From assembly GCA_029717555.1 (NCBI GenBank), contig JAMDHS010000012.1, forward strand, positions 186,001 to 250,000: a stretch of DNA of 64,000 nt, written 5' to 3'. Below the pieces are notes generated by a model that saw nothing but the letters and a program-made list of their open reading frames with translations, was not told where the DNA came from and did no database searches. Shown piece after piece: positions 60,584-64,000 of the stretch. How positions within the stretch are numbered: the stretch's first letter is position 1; the number at the start of each line of letters is the position of its first letter. The position numbers and the translations under genes were made by a program. The DNA comes from Peribolospora baueri. Taxonomy: Eukaryota.

Positions 60584-62569
60584 TTACTGGTTTTGACACT
60601 CTTGCGGCTGGCTGCCGACCTGGCTACCCTGCGAAGCGGCCAGAGCGCCACGTCGCCTGCTACCCTCATCGTCCGTGTCCTGAACGACAGTGAGAAAGCG
60701 GAGGGAGGAAACGACGTTCACAAAGTCAGAACACAACAGGTGAGCGAGCGGCGTGGCACGTGGCGTCGCAGGAGGTATAGTCACCAGAGTCAAGAACATC
60801 AGTCGCTAACCTCATCGTCTTCGTCGTCGTCTTCGAAGTCCTCGTCGTCATCGTCGAGATCGCCAATATCCTCGTACTGCAACGCCTTGCCGGTGAAGAA
60901 GTCGACGGCACGCGGAATAACCTGTGGCCAGCAGAATGAAGAGGAGAAACATGCGTCAGCGCAAAACCGACGGAGCCGAGGCCGAGGCGGAGTGGTGTCA
61001 AAGACGATGACGACAAAGAGAAAATGGAATACACACCCGGTCCTTCAAGTCCTCGCCGATCTGATAGTCAAGCTCGAGCCTGTCGTCGAGCTCGTCGAGA
61101 TCATCCTCGTCCTCGTCCTCCTCATCATCGTCCTTCGACGGCGGTTTGGGAGGGTTGAAAAAGTTGAAGAACGAGTCCACGGGCACCGTGCGCTTGACGG
61201 TCCGCGTCTGGTTGGTGTCTGAAGAAGGAAAGCGACAGGTACAGAAGTAAGAACCGCTATATCAAGTGCACACGTTTCGATCACACAGCCGCTAGAGGCT
61301 CGTGATGAAAAACTCACTCTTGTTTCTCTGCTTCTTCGTCTCAGTCTTATGAGTAAGGTCCTTGTCTTCCTTCCAGTCAATCTTGCAGCCTTCAGCGTGG
61401 TCATAGACGAGGTCTCCCGCGTATCCAACCTCGTCCTGATAGTAGTAGGTCTTGGTGAGCATTTTGTTCGAGAAGAACTCGTTCTTCTCATCATCGAACT
61501 CGAACTCGAGGTTGAAGCCCGCCTGGCCCTCGGGGAGGTAGGACATGCGGACGTCGATGAGGTGCTTGAGCGCCTCCTCGTCCCGATCGGTGATCAATTC
61601 GGAAAGACCGACGTGGTTCTTGAGCGCGGTGAGCCAGAACTCGGGAATACCAGGGGCCGGCGGGGGATCCGCGGCGGAGCTGACCGAGCCGACGACGACG
61701 GGCTGCTTGTTGCCCTCCTCATCCTCGTCGACATCGTCCGACGCCTCGCCCGCCTTGATCTCCTCCTCCGTCGGCTCCGTCTTGCCCTGGACGATTTCGG
61801 CACGACGCTCGTACAACGGCTTGTACTTCTCTGCATACTTCTTCTCGAGCTCAAGGATTTCCTTTTGGAACTCGGCCTCGATCTTGGAGTGTTCGACTTG
61901 GACGCCCTTCAGGCCCTCCACGCGTCGCCTGATAGGCGTTGGCAAGGACTCGATGTAGCCGGACGAGCGACCCACGAGGTTGCCGAGTTTTCCGTGGATC
62001 ATGCTGACGAGGGCAGGGTTCTGGGCGAGAATGGAGCTCATGCCTGCGAGAAGCAGACCGCCGGGGAAGGGCAAGTCAGTACACCTGGCTTCCTTCAAAG
62101 GGACCGAGAGCGCAGCCCGGAAGACGCTCACCCTCATTGCCCGCACCCGCCTCTTCGCCCTCCTCAATCGTGCCAACGGTAGGCCTCGAAAGCGCTTCCC
62201 GAGTAATGGGAGCGTTGGAGAGAGGGGTGTTTTGCGGCGTAGGTGCCGTAAGAGAGTCGAGGTTCTTGTTCCTGGACGGGCAAGGAAGCACAAAGGCGAA
62301 AGAAGGCGCCGGTCCAAGTGGCAATGAGATGGGATGGCGACGAAAAACACGGTCAGGATGGGCATGAAGAGCGAGTAAAGGAAGAGAACGTCAAACGCGG
62401 TTGTGAGGGAGGCATTCCCGAGTAGAGCAGGAAAAAAAGAAGAAAAAAACGCGGTCGGGCTCTGACAGACACTAGGCGCGGTCGATGTGTCTCGTTCGCT
62501 TGTGTGCTAGAACGTCAGAGAGAAGAGAAGAGGGCAAAGGACTCACTTGATATCGATGTTCTCGGACAT
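60584..62569 (-). CDS. NAP1: nucleosome assembly protein NAP1, multi-exon
   Basis: [82 protein letters not shown]. Ends PQECQNQ*. Confidence 0.96.
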
Positions 62570-63470
62570 GATGGACGGAGGGGATGAAGGTAAGGCGAGT
62601 GGAGGGGATGGAGGGATGTGGCGACGGCCGAGGAGGTCGAGGAGGGATGGGAGGAATGGAAGGGGGCGACCGCCGGCGAAGAGGTTGCCGCAGAATTTTG
62701 GTGGGGCGGCGTCCCAGACGAGGCACGGCTCAGGCGCGAGTGAGGCGGGCACGTGACATTTACAAAGCTTCTATTCTTTCGTTACACGTCTGGTGACCCG
62801 GAAACAAGGGAGGTCGCAGGCGAACCGTATGTAGGGAGGGAAGGAGGGACGTTGGGTACCGGCGAGAAGGACAATGACTCTGGACAGACTGCGCCTTGCC
62901 GTCATTGGGGACAACAGGGTGGCCCGAAGGATCCAACAAAGAAAGGTTCAATCGATTCCGGCCGGCTTGTAATAAGATTCTATATACCGTTCACTCCGTC
63001 GAGTGAGACACCCGTCCCTTTCCGCGTCAAGCCAGCCGACAAGGGCGCTTGTGGCTCCGTACAGTAGCGAACAAGTTCGTTTCGTCCTCCAGTCGCCTCA
63101 CAAGGACCTTCGATCCGCATACACAGACGGACGCCGCTCCCTCCGATGGTGGTCAATGTCTGAGGTAGGGCAATCAGCCCAGTGGCGATGGAGAGAGGGG
63201 GTTGCTGCGGCGATTGGTCGGCGCATGTAACGCGTCGCGGCGGAACACGCGCTGTCGAAGAAGGCGACTGACAGTCACCGACTGGACGCACTCGAGCCAT
63301 CCCCAGATTTCTATCACCTCTTTCGTTTTCCCCCCTTCCGTCTTCAACGCTCCCAGCAGGCGGCAAGGAGAGACCAAGAAGGCCCCCGACCTGCTCGCGG
63401 AGGAAGGAGATTGAACCGACCGATCGACCGCCCCTCTGACTCGGCCGTGTTGTCCTGACTCGTGTTGGAG

Positions 63471-63861
63471 ATGGTCGTGAGTACGAGCGAGCGAGTGTGA
63501 ATGGAGGGACAGGGGGTGGGGCAGGCGGGCAGACGATGGTGTTTATGGATCTGACGGAGACGTCGCGGTTTGGCTCACCGATGGTCCTCGGTCTCGGCCG
63601 CCTCTTCTCTCGTCCACTCGTGCTGCCTTTCTTTTCCCTGCTTCCGTCCCATTTCCGCAGCGCTCCCGCTCGCACTCTTATGATGCGTATTCGACCGCTC
63701 AGACACAAGCCTCGGTGCGCTCCTCGTACGGCGATTATTCGGGCAACGGTGCGGCGATACAAAGGCGACCGGATGTGAAGCGCAAGCTTGTGGTGGTCGG
63801 GGACGGAGGGTGCGGAAAAACTTGTCTGCTGATCGTGTATAGCGAGAATCGATTTCCTGAG
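63471..63861 (+). CDS. Rho-family GTPase (Rho4-like), 5' exons only; the gene continues past the window
   Basis: Exon 63661-63861 encodes [28 protein letters not shown] and is followed by GTGAGT. The probable first exon is ATG GTC at 63471-63476, also followed by GTGAGT. Confidence 0.88.
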
Positions 63862-64000
63862 GTGAGTTTGTCAGCGCCCGGCGAGCAAACCGGGAGGGCG
63901 TGAGCCGTTTGGGAATCGGCCGAGGAGCGTCGCATGACGTTGTTGGTGACTTGCCTCTCTTGTCACGAGGAAACTCGTCTGGCGGCAACGCACAGGGACG

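Overview
Intron-rich, GC-rich eukaryotic DNA, most likely from a basidiomycete fungus (it carries fungal EF-3 and an FLC/TRP-like channel, and short GT-AG introns often with GTGAG donors). I assembled about 15 protein genes by hand across introns, plus a few weak hypothetical ORFs. They are: a divergent beta-tubulin, a LysM protein, BCS1, a large disordered protein with a split conserved C-terminal domain, a PARP6/8-like ADP-ribosyltransferase fused to a ubiquitin-conjugating (E2) domain, EF-3, an FLC/Pkd2-type channel, RPL39, a HAL/SAT4-type kinase, ATG4, LTA4H/LAP2, SPS19, CDC37, cyclin H, NAP1 and the 5' part of a Rho GTPase. I found no tRNA, rRNA, CRISPR array or intact transposon. The most notable items are the Zn-finger/PARP/E2 fusion (with a GC-AG intron), a beta-tubulin substituted at benzimidazole-site residues, a hairpin-rich poly(A)-bearing non-coding island at about 36.15-36.53 kb, a likely dual-start LTA4H, and a microsatellite-dense domain at about 28-43 kb. 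All family calls come from motif recognition by eye; no database search was run.
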